This document shows positions 26,655-39,780 of a stretch of DNA of 64,000 nucleotides, piece by piece (the stretch's first letter is position 1; every line of letters begins with the position of its first letter). Position numbers and translations under genes: made by a program. The notes under the pieces were generated by a model that saw nothing but the letters and a program-made list of their open reading frames with translations, was not told the DNA's origin and did not search any database. The DNA is taken from contig OZ287752.1 of NCBI GenBank assembly GCA_965649765.1, forward strand, positions 51,088,001 through 51,152,000. The letters run 5' to 3'. Source of the stretch: Bispira polyomma. Taxonomy: Eukaryota.

Positions 26655-27030
26655 TGACAATACCAGAGTTGCCTTATCGGAAGAGAGGCTTGCCAATCTT
26701 CCAACAAGCATGTCCATAAGTGCCAAAGAACTCCCACCTGGTGCTTACTCTAACTGGGCTGAATGGAAATGTCTAAATAGACTAAGATCCGGTGTTGGCC
26801 GCTCAAAAGTGACACTGAAGAAATGGGGATATCTGGACATTGAAGATGTGACCTGCGAAAGTGGCAATGAACCACAAACCATGGAACACTTACTGTGCTG
26901 TCTGGCCACTGCTCGAGCAGCAATGCAAAGCTAAAGACCTTGCAGAATACAATGATAGAGATAAAGACTGTGTTCAACTATGGCTGAAACACAACATACA
27001 GCTTGTGTCTGTGAACACAAGAGGAAGAGG
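26655..27030 (+). mobile_element. 3' fragment of non-LTR retrotransposon ORF2 (C-terminal Cys/His knuckle region)
   Basis: WKCLNRLRSGVGRSKVTLKKWGY...TCESG...QTMEHLLCC is a degenerate form of the C-x-CG...QT-x-x-H-LL-x-C C-terminus of LINE ORF2; frameshifted. Confidence 0.65.
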
Positions 27031-28472
27031 AATAATGTGTTTGTAAACACCAATTTGGTGTAAACCAAAATCAATGTTGCTATTGAATATTAAAATGAAA
27101 GTATCTGTCACTGACCCACACCTCACTTTTTTAAAAATAACAGTTAGCAATGGTTTCTTCTTCATTGATGTACTTTAATGAAATATAACAAATAAACAAA
27201 TATAACAAATAAACAAATCATCCAACAATTTTTTGTAAGGGTTTATTAAGAAAATAACAAATGACTACAGTTGTAAAGAAAGTAAGAGTATCTTATTGTA
27301 TATAACATTGTAAGAGCAGTAGCTCCAAATACAATTTACACAAAGTATAAATACATAAGAAAATACAAGCTAAAATGACTTTACAACAAAATACCATTTG
27401 TTAGCCGATGTGTGAGCAACTTGAGCCTGGAGAGATACAATAAATACTAAGAATGATGTCCATTCATCATACCTATGTTAAGCCTATATTCAACCATATC
27501 AACGATTTCAGGACCATATATGTACTTCAAGTAACTGTTGTTATATATATTAGATATTAAATCTTGACTTAAAGTTTGTCCAGTGAAATACTTTTAACAC
27601 CAAATTTAAGCAAAGCTAAGAAATGTTTTAGAATAGCTACATCTTCAATAGTTTTATCAATTTATTGGACAACTGTATCCACACTTGGAAAGGGTTAAAT
27701 TTAATAAATTATTTGTTGGACAATACTGCATCTAAAAGCATGTAAATGACATTCTTGTATTGGGATTCATATATTTGACATGTAACAATGTCTTTAGACA
27801 ACATTATTAGTACATTGCCATTACATCGATTGACACATTCAAATATGCTTGATATAATGAATTTAGAACAATAATTCTGATTCAAATAAGATCAGCAAGC
27901 TTTACACAGATTTAACATTTAGTTTTTACACAAGGCTAATTTATTTTAAATACCCAGAAATGACTAAAATAGATCCATTTTTTTTCTGGGATAATTTGTC
28001 GTATATACACCAATAATATCTAGAACCCTAGAAATTTACAGACCATCTAGTAGATCCACACATAACATTACCAAACTGATAAGTCATTTGAAATTATAAC
28101 CATACCTTCTTTATGTACTGGCTAATAGATTAATATACTGCAAGTGGAAATTTTAACTGGAAGACCAATCTTCACTGTTGGCTCATTTTTAGTTAAAAAT
28201 ATCAATAAAATTTCAAATGTTCAATTCATTAGCTAAAATTAAGTTTTTTTCCAAGAGAAAATTTTCGCTTATACAGTATAGTTTATTACGAAGTTGAAAG
28301 ACTGTTTATTCAAACTTTGACACTTAAACATTGATACTGAAGCGTGTCTGATGTGTTGCTTCCTGAAGTGAAGGTTTTTTTCCTTGCAAGATGTCATTGC
28401 TTCATGTAAATTTTAAATATAATAATTTATCCATAAATATCTATAATATATACACAAAACGTTTGTTTACTA

Positions 28473-28550
28473 CGGAAGCCTATAAGGATCAATTAAGAAA
28501 AAAAAATCTCGTTAAAACAACATTATTTTTTCTTTCTTTATAGGCTTCTG
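28473..28550. mobile_element. 78-bp miniature TA-flanked MITE related to 18390-18713
   Basis: ta|cggaagcctataa ... ttataggcttctg|ta. Confidence 0.6.
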
Positions 28551-28934
28551 TAGTTTTACTACTAAACAGAAATCAGGTTGACAAAGAAGTACCAGGTAGA
28601 CGTTAATCTGGTCCAGAGTTCAATCTAAAAGAGAAACATGGTAAATATGTTTAAAAATTGCACATTATAACACTTTTAATACATAAGTATGAGGTACAAA
28701 ACAGATTATACACACTGACTGTCACATAAAACATGTCAGTATAACATCATATAATAATCTAACTACTTTAAAATGTTTTCTGATAATATGTTACAAAATT
28801 TTGATAATATGTCTTAGTTTAAAGTATTAGAGTTTAAAGTATTAGGCAAGTTTGCCACAAAATGTGTCACCTGAGATAGATATAGATATTTTTATACTTA
28901 CAAAGACATTCTACTCAACTTTTTCTTCTAACAT

Positions 28935-31900
28935 TCACTTTGACAAAAGAACCTTGCAAAATTCTGAAAGAAAAATATATATCTATTTGACATATGTGAT
29001 TGTTTTAATGACATCAGGCAGAAAAGTCTGTTAAATATTGGGTTATAGTCTGCTAAATGTGAGGTTATCGTCTGTTAAATATTGGGTTATAGTCTGGTAA
29101 ATGTAAGGTTACAGTCTGTTAAATGTTGAGTTATATTCTGTTGGGTTATAAGCTGCTAAATATTGGTTTGTAGTCTGTGAAATGTTAAGTTATAGTCACT
29201 ACAAATGAGGTTTAACCACACATATTTTCCCTACCTCTTCACTGTGCATTGTCTTAATGGTTAACCTCATGGCTATAAACCAGCTAAAATGTCATCTGGA
29301 AATATGCCATAACAGTTTAAAAATTACAACTTTCTGCATATACGTTACAATAGAACTAAGTCTTACCTTTATAATCAATTCTCCCATCGCCATCCATATC
29401 GGCAACTTTAAACATTTCATCAGCTTCTTCTACTGTCAGTTTTTGATCCCCGAGCACAGTCAAAACATCCATTAGTTCCTCCTTAGATATGAAACCATTC
29501 TGATCCTTATCAAAAACTAAAAAAAGAAACAAAGAAATAATGAAATAATTTGTATTATATTTAGTATTGTATTCAGTCTCAAACAACCAGTAAAAAGTAT
29601 ACCGACTATGTTTTATCTTATTCGAACAGTGACATTCATTGTAGTCTTTAATATCAACCTCCTAACAATAAATGTCTCCAATTTAAAATAGCATAACATT
29701 ACTATGAGATGCCAATTATTAACGGTAGACAAAAATTAACACTATTAAACCGAACTAATTTTGTTTGTTATCACAGGTAGTAAAGTTCCCCTCCCACCTT
29801 CGCCTTTGTAGCTCAATTTTGAATTAGCACCTCTGCTGACAACATCTAAAATTGGATAAGTTTAAAACCTTTCCCACTAACTAGATTAAAACACTATACA
29901 AATTTTGACATAAAATTTTATCTTTTAAGTATTGCCTTTATTACATGAGTTATAGATTGTGCAAAATAGCAAATTTCGAAGACAGTTGTTCTTAAACATT
30001 GTTTTAAGAAAAAAATTAAATCTTAGAGGATAAATAGAATTAAATTGGTCAGAAAAATCTGACCAGAAATATCCTAAAGTTTAAAATTTAGAAGGAAAAA
30101 AAAAACGAGCCTGTAATTAAACATTAAAAAAGGTGGATTAAGATAGATATTAACTTTACAAATATGACCATACACTGACGCATATAATGCAAGTTTGTCT
30201 TGTTCTTTTTTGTTGTTTTTTGTATGACGAAATCCTTAAATGTAGTCCCCTCCTTATGGGGATCAAACTTAAATTCACGGTAACAATTGCATTCTCAAGA
30301 TATATCTATATCTACCATGTCATTTTGCAAATACATTTCTAGATTAAGCAAAAAACAAACACACTTTACATCACATGTACAAGGCAATGACACAAACCTT
30401 TAAAAGCATTCTGCAAGTCCTTTTCTGGATCCCTCTTTTCCCCCTTGTTTGCCGCCATCATAAGGCGAAATTCTTCATATTCAATTGTACCATTCTCTGT
30501 AATTAAACGAAATCACATACATACATACTTAAATACATTCACTAAACAGTGGTAATTAAGGAAGAAAAAGTACATTCAATTATGGTATAGTAAAAACAAC
30601 TTTAATTGTGTGACAATAAAGATTACATTTGTTGGATTTTGTTTCTTCGGTCATCAAGACTATAACATTTTGACATCTTACCATTTAAATCTTGCTTTGC
30701 TATCATTTCCTCTAATTCTTTATCAGTGGGATCTTGTCTAAGTGCTCTTAACACTGTACCAATCTCAGTTGTGCTGATTGAACCATCTCCGTTTTTATCA
30801 AACAAGTTGAAAGCTTCTTTCAATTCTGTAACAAATTATAAGAAAGAGGACATTTTACTAATCCAATACATAATAAATATTTAAATCTATATTTCAATTT
30901 ATACATAGATTATTATAATACATGTATAATTTTAACAAAAAGTGTAGAATGAAAATTTTACAAGACATAATTTTTATTTGGGAGGTATTTACTAACTGAT
31001 AGCTCCAGTCCCCGTTAGTAAAGTTGAGATAAAGGTCCAAGTTATCCAAGTAAGGTCAAGTTATGATTATGTTGAAGTTTGAAAGTAAGAAGTAATAAAA
31101 GATTTCACTTTGAGGTTTTATTTTTACATGTTAGTATTTTATGTACATGAAGTTACAGATAAAATAAATGCTTAAAATTTTTTAAACATAACAAATTTTT
31201 AAAGCCCCAATCAGGCCTCCATAACAATCATAAAAAAGGACTAGCCAAAACAGGACTAGCCATAATAAACCATAGCATCTTAAAGAGCATATTATTATAA
31301 ATAATAAAGTTTTAGCAAATAACTTGCATCAACACATTATTACGTACATCAATATAATTCTGACAATGATGTAAAATATATATATCATAATAAAACGTTA
31401 CAGACTAAAATACCAATATTCTCTTTACCAATTGAACAGTGCTATGTGTGATAACAATACTTTTGGGGCAGCAGCTCCCAATAGATCATAAACCACCCAT
31501 AAACGGTGTTTTTGGTTACATTTACCACGTCTCATGTTATACCATTTAGTGCCTATAATTAGGCCATAAATGTCTCTATAATGAAACCCTTAATTCTGCT
31601 GGTTCCAGTCACACGTTTGTAATTTATAACAAGGTTATACACATATGTCCCAATCAATTATATGACAGAACTTTTCATTTTTCAACAGTTTTACTAACTG
31701 ACTTTATACGAACATAGATTGTCAAAAAGTTTTTTCAATATCAGAAACCATCCCTCAATTTAAATTTTTTGACTTAATTGATCAAAAACAGCTGCATTTG
31801 GTAACCCCTGGCTTTGGACACCAAATCGCCTAGCAGACGAGAGTTAAACCTCTTAGAGCTTCTATTCTACTCTGGAACCCTAGACATGAACTCAGAGGAA

Positions 31901-34900
31901 AGTATAAGAAGGCAGAACCCTCATTCCACACAGTCAGAGGAGCATTACAGCAACCCTTTTTGTATTAAGTCAAGATGACTCCCTAAGCAATCAATACATA
32001 AAACTGGTTTCCTTTTAGTTATTACACTTAACATGAGCAGCTTCAACCATTGTATTTGGATTCATTTCCAATATGCCCAAAGAGTGCCAATTGGCCCTCT
32101 AGTTAACCTAGCCCCAGCTGTGGTATTAGGGGAGGTGGTGGGTGTTAAAATATTTTTGGTTGTTGTTTCTTCAATGTCGAATTTCAATATGGAGGTGTAG
32201 CCCCAGAAAAACCGGGAATAGCTAATTAACTAAGGAATTTGATTGGCCCTTGTAGTTATGATAGAATGCACTGAGGATATCTATCAAGTGATATAATTAA
32301 CGTGTACTGAGATAGCAGTCCCCTGAAGTAGACGTGCTTCACACAGTCCCCGTTAGTAAAGTTGAGATAACGGTCCAAGTTATCCAAGTAAGGTCAAGTT
32401 ATGGTTATGTTGAAGTTTGAAAGTAAGAGGTAATAAAAGATTTCACTTTGAGGTTTTATTTTTACATGTTAGTGTTTTATGTACATGAAGTTACAGATAA
32501 AATAAATGCTTAAAATTTTTTAAACATGACAAATTTTAAAGCCCCAAGCCAAACCTAAGTAGAGTGTGAGATGGCAGAGGCAAATGTTAAAGGGACCACG
32601 GATGCTGCCTGAGATGTACTCTGTAGATATGTCCACACTGCTGAGGACCTCCAAAGGCCATGGGCCATAATGTTCTTTAGAGAAACGTTCTTATTAAATA
32701 CAAAAGAGGCCCCCGACCTTCTAAAGGCATGAAACCCATGTGAGCTATATTGAATGCCGATATGTTGTAAAACTGTTTGTAAAGCTGATCTTACATGTGA
32801 TTCGACAATTGGGTGATATGGTGTAGTTTTTGAAGCAAACAGTGATGCCTTGTCCGAAAGTTGTCTAGACAAAAGCAGTTTCTTGAGAGCTATAACTGGG
32901 CAGATGTGTGAATTATCTAGCACTGGGATCTGTCTGATGTGAGTATCAGTTCTATTTTGCAAATTCTTAGCTCATTTTAGAATCATTTGGGCACCTGGGT
33001 GGCCAAAAATGACATCCTGCCTAATAAAGTGCCTTGTTGGATCAAAAGCTGGTTTTGAATGGGAAGCTATGTTTGAAAGCCTCAAGAAACCAAAAAAGGG
33101 CACTAAGAAAATATTGGATCTTCAAGTATGTCACAGGCCTTAGATATGAGAATCAACTGTTCTATGGTAAAGATTCCTTTAGGTTTTGGTCTGAATACTG
33201 AGTTGTGTGTCAGACTTCTAGTGAAAAGTGCTACTGAGTTGTGTACAAATGGAGTAAGATTCCAGTTTAACTTGGAAGCTACAAATTTTATTGCTGCTAA
33301 ATAATTGTTCACTGCCCCAGGTGATAACCGGTTTTGCACCAGGTATTCCAGGAATGCAATCACTGCCTGTATGTTTACAGTTGTAATGCCTGTAAATTCT
33401 AGGAAGGCTAAGAAAGTTCTAAATTGAGCATTATAGGCTGTCGTTGTCTTTGGTCTCAAAGATAAGTCAATCCTAGCACTGGCTGAAGACATCAGGATTT
33501 GGCTGATGTATGTGGAACCTGAAATTATATTGACAAATCCAGGTTGAAGTATTCAATTGGTATTTGTTTCCACTCAAAATCACTGTCAATCTTGTTTATG
33601 AGATCTTGGTCAGAAGCTTTGTCTGAATATAGTCTAGACAGAGCATCTGCAATAACATTTTTCTTACCAGGTATATGTCTAATTTGTAAAGAAATATCAT
33701 AAGTAGCTGTTAGTAACCAGATGTTTCTCAAACACAATGCTAAGAAACTATCTCTGGTTTTGTGTGATTCAACAACCAGAACCACAGCCATGTTGTCACA
33801 GTTGATCATAAGACTACCATGTCTCCACTTCTCCGCCCATACACGTAGCGCAATCACTATGTTCAGCATCTCGAGATGTGCAATTGTTAATTTTCCATCG
33901 AATAAGTCATGAAATGGGGTGGCATATACTTCTCCGTTCCAAACGCCCCCAAATCCTGTGAGGCAAGCGTCCAGATGCAGCTCGTCTGCATATGGTATAC
34001 TAATGTGATTAATAAAATTAATACCGTTATATTTTTCTAAAAATTTTATAAACCATTCCAGGTCATATTTCATTTCATTAGTAACTTTAAAGCGCTTGTT
34101 GGCGTGCCCAGCTCTAAAAGCAGCGAGTAATCTATTAATGAAGATGCGTGCAGGTGTCACACATTTGTGAATGTATAAAAGCTTTCCTAGAAGTGATTGA
34201 AACTTATTTTTAGATATATATTGTTTGAGCAAAACTTCTACGCAAACGTCATATACTTCCTTAAGCTTTTCTGGTTGAATACTTATAATGCCCTTAATGA
34301 TGTCAAAATCAATGCCAAGGCATGTAAGTTTAGTAGTAGGGGGAGTCAATTTGTCTTGGTTCATTGGAAGACCCAGCTTTTTAAGCAATGTGTAGAGTTT
34401 GTTGAAGCCCTCGTTGGCTGTTCTTTTTGGCGCGACGCAAACGTAGTCGTCAATGTATCCGAATACTTTAAAGCCCTGTTTACACATGTGAGCAGTTAAT
34501 GCGTCCATGCAACACTGCCATGAACCCACCCAAACGCAATAACAGGGTCCACGTAATATTCGCCCTGCCAAGAGATTCCTAGCTTAATTGCGTCCACAGG
34601 GTCAACTCGTAGATTCCTAAACACCCTGGCCACGTCAATTTTGAATAAAGTGGCGTTCTCAGTATCACGTATGGCTTGTGTTATATCATCAATTGTGGGG
34701 AACTTTAATGCGAATGCCACGCCATCAAATTGATTCCTATCAACATTTTCATTCAGCGAATCGCCATACGGATGAGACAGGTTCAAAATCACTCGACGTT
34801 TATCAGTATCTTTGGGTCTTGTAAAAAGTGGAGAACAATGGTAGTCTGGAGTTTTAACCTCCTTAACTGGCCCTAACATAGCACCTAAATCTCTTTCTTT

Positions 34901-37900
34901 CTTAAGATATTCACCCACCTCATAGGGATACTGCAAAGCAGAGTAATGATTTTTGACTTTAACATTGCCTAACCTATCAGGTGTTCTTAAGCATAGTGGA
35001 AATCCAAATGTGATGTATTGAAGTAGTAACTTGTCAGGATAATCCTGTAGTATATATTGCCAAGCTTGTGTGTTTAAACCAGAACTCAATGGTATTCTGG
35101 CTTGTTGTAATTTGGTACTCCTGTTTGCTTTATTACTTGTGCAATTGCAATCATGTCTTCTACTGTTCTAATATGTACTGGTTGCCTATCTGGACCTCGA
35201 AATTTGAAGTCAGTGTCTGATAAAGCAAGGAACCCTACAGTCTTATTTTTGTCATGTATGTCTGTGATATTTCTGTTCACAGGTTCACTAGCCTTAAGCA
35301 TATATGTCATTTGGGAGAAGAATTCGGACGACGCAGGGTGAGTATATTTTTCATCGCAATAACTTACCATGCTCTTAGTAGGTTTTACACTACTATCTTC
35401 AGTCTGTGCCGAGTTGTCTGTCACATCTACGTTTCTAACATTACAATCTGTATTTTTACCCTCACAGCATCCAATTAATTTATCAATTAAATCTTCTAGA
35501 TGCTCAGTATATTTTTTACCACTAGACTTTAAACACTCCATATCTTTCTTGTAGTAGTGGAAAGCATTACTAGCTTGTTTCTGTTGTTGCACTGATTTAC
35601 ATGTGATTTCATCAAATTTTACATATGCCAGGTCGTTAACTCTGTTGACTCAGATTTCAAAAGAATTAATAACAGATAACATACCGTTAGGTTCAAATTC
35701 AAAAGGAGTGTAGCTTTCTTGTCCTGTCACTTCATCAGTCTGGCTATAATAAAAGCCGTTTTTAAAATTTTTATGGCCCCCAATGTAAAGTACTGGCAAG
35801 CTTTTTGATGTCTAACAAAATAAAGTACCAATTGGTTACATTAAGTTTTACCTCTATTGGTCCCCATTCATGATTGCCACTCTGAATGTGGACTGCATGA
35901 TTTTTATTTTTACAATTTTTTATTTTTACACAGGTGGTCGAGCTACACTCCCCTGTGGTCAACTTGACCATTCCTTGTCCCCTGCTATGTGTAAGCAATT
36001 GCTGCTGACTTTGGACAGCTCCAACGTCACCATACGTGCTTCCTGAAATGTTCTCACATAATACATTTGACATGACATTAGTTTTATGAATATAATTTTC
36101 TCTTACATTGGCTTCCCTAAATGATACCTCAGTTCTCTTACTATGGCTATATTTGTCATTAACCTTATTTGCACTTTCATAGTTCTCATTAACTCTAGTA
36201 TTTACAGTATCTTTCAATGTTCCATATTGCTTAACTGGTTGTCGAATCAACAATTCCTAACTACTTTTTACATTTTGGTTATCAGATTGCTTGCTGGAAT
36301 TTGCCTTAAAACATTTAAATTCAGGGTGGTTAGATTCTTTTCCTAGGACTTTGGAACAGTACCAACATTGATGTTTGTAGTTTCCATGGTCATTTTTGTG
36401 ACTGCATTTACCGTTGTTAAAGAGCTTACATATTGTCCTGTGTTCAGTGGTCTGGGAGGTACCTTGATGGTGATTGTTAACCATGGCCAATTGGGACGCG
36501 CTCATCTGGTTCAGCGCCCATTGCGTGTGATCCTGCCACGTTAAGCGCCCCTCCTCAACTTCATGCATATTAGAGGCCCATGCGGTTCTCACTACCGGCC
36601 ATGGAAGCAACGAAGCGTCTCGCAGTGCGAAAACAATCTGGGTCATCATATCCCTCATTGCTGTATTGTCTGCAACCAGCAGAGCGTTAGATATTTGGCC
36701 TGCTGCCCATTGTGGGAGTGACAGATCGTCATAGGCAGGGCGTTTGCGAGCAGAAGTGGAGACGTTGGTTGCTAAGCAGCCCTCGTTCAGCCAACGATAC
36801 CTAGGGTTGACTGTGGCAACATCGGTAGAATTAAATCTGCCAGACTTAACTCTCTGGGTGGTCTTACCTTGAGATAGTTCTCTCTGAGCTAGAGATTCGT
36901 AGCTAGCCAGCTGCCATGTAACTGCTGACTGAACATCAGGCATAGAGCGTAGAGTGTCTAAATTGGGAACAATTCCATCCCTGTTATACTCGTGTGGTGT
37001 AGGCCCCAGTTGTGGCTGCGGAAATCCCTGACCATCGCTGAAACCGACATCTGAAGGGGGAGTGTATCTGGACAGTAGTAAACTGTTAGCAATATTGCTG
37101 GCCCGTCCGAGAACAGAAGCACTGTTCGTGGTTTGACTAGTACAGGTACCCGAGTTACTGCCCGAGGCCGTTTTCGCCTCTACTTTCTCCAGCCTGGACT
37201 CTAATCGTCTTAGAATTGCCAACATCTCATTGGGAGGATCAGCCCCTGCGTGGGATGTAGCCGGTGGTTGTATGAATTGTGAATCTACCTGGAACGAGTC
37301 AGCACTCGACGGTCGAGTTATAGGTTCCTCTACTTCATTAAGGTGGCTATGAAGGTTGCGAACAATATTGTTAGTTATCTGTAGTTCGTCTGTCCCAGTG
37401 GTAGGTTTTGACACCTTTGTTTTACGGCTCGCTGGTTTATTTGGCTGAATGGGAGTCTTTCTTGTTCTACCCATTTCAATTCACACAAATCCAATAGCAC
37501 CTTCCTTATAGTATAAAACAGGCTAAAATGTAACTATTAAAAACCAAGTTCATATAACTTTCCATGTATGTTAAAATATTTTTGGTTGTTGTTTCTTCAA
37601 TGTCAAATTTAAATATGGAGGTGTAGCCCCAGAAAAACCGGGAATAGCGAATTAATTAAGGAATTTGATTGGCCCTTGTAGTTATGATAGAATGCACTGA
37701 GGATAGCTATACATAAAATTTTTATTAAGGTCAAGTGATATAATTAACGTGGACTGAGATAGCAGTCCCCTGAAGTAGACATGCTTGACATAATCTGTCA
37801 ATCAATACAATTTATAGCTTGAAACTAATGAAGGAAAACATGTAGTAACTCAGATGATCAAGAAATTCTGTACTGTTAAATGATTCAGTCCAGTGCTTCA

Positions 37901-38975
37901 TCATATAAATCTACATAAACATTTTTAGGAGTGTGATGTCTCAAGAAATAGTATTTGTTCCCTACAATGATTGATTAGACATCCTTTTGTCAAAGAGACG
38001 AAGGCATATAACGATCTAGTAAGACAGCAAAAGGGCTTTAGCAATTAATTTTATGTGGTAGAATACCATTAACAATTTACAAATATTTAACAATTGTTGA
38101 GACCAATTACACAACCACACAGTCACAACCGCAGAAGAAGACTGACAGAGTGTAATACACCAGCAAATTGTCTAGGGCGCCTACAAACCCACTGACTACC
38201 ACTTCCTCATAGATCATTTAAAGGTGAGAAGCAAGAGAAAGAGTAGCAAGAAACTGACATCTAGACACTATGGTAGCATATTAAAGTGTGGTAGGAGAGT
38301 TTGCGGCTATGACAATATATGTTTTCAGGTGAATGCCAAAAATGAATATGGAGAGTTTCTAAAGGATGCTTGGTAAACAGAACATGTGAAAGGAAAATGT
38401 GATTTGACCAAAAAATATGAATAGGCAGAACGACGTAATGGGGTGGAAGGTATATAAAAGTGAATGTTGGATGATACAAATATATGACCTAAACTAGCAG
38501 TCACCCGAAGATGCCTTCATGTGAATACTACTCTAATTCAGCACTTTTAGACCAATAAGATTAAAATTAATCTTTGTTTTAGATATATTAATTCAATATA
38601 TGTACTATATTGACATGTGTATAAACTAAACAACATACAATAAAATTGTAAAATAAATACAGAGAGCTAATAGGTCACTTTAAACTGATACAATCAATAA
38701 TGTGTGTGGTGATACATAAAATTTAGACAAAATAGAATAATTAATTTACTTTTAAGAATATATACTTCAGCTTTTTTTTTATATTCCATGCTTTTTCAAT
38801 ATAAATATGTAGAGATCCAGAATTTAGCTGCATAAGTTTTATAAATTTTTCTTCTGAAATTAAACTGAAATCATTTACTTATATCATTACGACCAGGGAA
38901 CAGGGTTAAAGCACATTAAAAGCAATAACAAATACCTGCTTCCTCCTCCTCCTCAGTCAATGTGTTGTTTTCACT
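28935..38975 (-). CDS. Calmodulin-like EF-hand protein G3 (~154 aa); ATG exon not located
   Basis: Minus-strand exons 38975-38936, 30825-30682, 30496-30398, 29516-29367, 28963-28935, all GT-AG. Translation: (M)[153 protein letters not shown]. The phase-0 start of exon 2 implies an upstream ATG| exon (candidates 39738-39736, 44151-44149). Confidence 0.9.
29020..29205. repeat. Minisatellite, ~22-bp unit (TTATAGTCTGTTAAATRTKRGG) in the last coding intron of G3
   Basis: About 8 visible copies. Confidence 0.7.
32555..33492 (-). pseudogene. Tyrosine recombinase of the DIRS element (frameshift plus premature stop)
   Basis: N-terminal SAM-like part [16 protein letters not shown]...FLEYL...[10 protein letters not shown]; FGFLRLSN (catalytic R); CPVIAL; HAFRRSGAS; [13 protein letters not shown] (catalytic Y). 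Frameshift near 33100 and TGA at ~32972. Confidence 0.88.
33525..35089 (-). pseudogene. Reverse transcriptase / RNase H of the DIRS element (frameshifted)
   Basis: SPLFTRPK...[29 protein letters not shown] catalytic motif; RNase H motifs [38 protein letters not shown]. Frameshift near 34510. Confidence 0.9.
36257..37474 (-). CDS. Gag-like ORF1 of the DIRS element (405 aa)
   Basis: Open ORF just inside repeat A1; short coiled coil ([12 protein letters not shown]); C-terminal Cys/His cluster CKLFNNGKC...H...HQCWYC...H...C typical of DIRS/Ngaro gag. Confidence 0.8.
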   Translation of the reverse strand: MGRTRKTPIQPNKPASRKTKVSKPTTGTDELQITNNIVRNLHSHLNEVEEPITRPSSADSFQVDSQFIQPPATSHAGADPPNEMLAILRRLESRLEKVEAKTASGSNSGTCTSQTTNSASVLGRASNIANSLLLSRYTPPSDVGFSDGQGFPQPQLGPTPHEYNRDGIVPNLDTLRSMPDVQSAVTWQLASYESLAQRELSQGKTTQRVKSGRFNSTDVATVNPRYRWLNEGCLATNVSTSARKRPAYDDLSLPQWAAGQISNALLVADNTAMRDMMTQIVFALRDASLLPWPVVRTAWASNMHEVEEGRLTWQDHTQWALNQMSASQLAMVNNHHQGTSQTTEHRTICKLFNNGKCSHKNDHGNYKHQCWYCSKVLGKESNHPEFKCFKANSSKQSDNQNVKSS

Positions 38976-39780
38976 CTGAAAAAATTGTAAAAAAATTCAT
39001 AAAAAATGGTTGGACGGTATGGAAACCAAATTTTGAAGCTGGCTAAAGTGTTTAGTTGTACTTTCCACAAAGATGAACCTAATGAAATACCAATTTATAT
39101 ACGTTGATCTATTACAAAACTGTTATTTCATATGATAGTTTCGTTATTAATATGTTACAAACTATGCGTCAAACTATGTGTCTTAATTTTGAATAGTTTC
39201 ATCGAATGTTGAACAGTGGAGTATGCTACAACTTAATTTTTACGTTTAAGATCAAACAGAGCATATTAGTAATTGTTATGTTGTGCAAATGAATGTGTGA
39301 AATGGTCATTTTCTTTTGTTTTATTATTGTTATTTTACACATATGTAAAGAGGAAATAAAATGATATTTTCAGCAAATCATAAATTAATATATTAGTTAG
39401 AATTACATTTGATTTCTATCCAATCTAAAGTTTCATGTAATCATTTGCAGAGATATAGTCTTTTTTTATGAGCAATTTGTTTTTGCGAACAAAGAATTAA
39501 GTTTGATTGGACAGGTGTTTTCTGATTCTCTTGAGGTCGTGAATATAGAGGTAGCAAGATCGACATACATTAGAGATATGATCATCGAAGGAAAAGAGGG
39601 AGTCAAAAGTTACCTTTTTTGAGTTGAGAACAAGTTTAAGTTTTGTTGGAGAATGGGGTATTTGGAATTACATTGTATGAATTCAAGTAACAATGTATAT
39701 TTTACAGCATCTCTATCACAGACATTATTAGTTACCATCTAATATTATTTCAATTATGGTATAAATAAGGTTAAAGTTAC

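Larger units (their letters stand above)
31006..37790 (-). mobile_element. Tyrosine-recombinase retrotransposon (DIRS order, Ngaro/PAT-type with split direct repeats), full-length but mutated
   Basis: Repeat A1 37790-37569 matches A2 32343-32143; repeat B1 32547-32344 matches B2 31210-31006; B1 abuts A2. Contains gag, RT/RNaseH and YR in canonical order. Lies in G3 intron 2, same strand as G3. Confidence 0.93.

Noticed and set aside
31211-32142. Extra ORF (e.g. SGNH hydrolase known from some Ngaro elements) between A2 and B2
   Set aside because: No ORF of 60 aa or more and no GDS motif found here.
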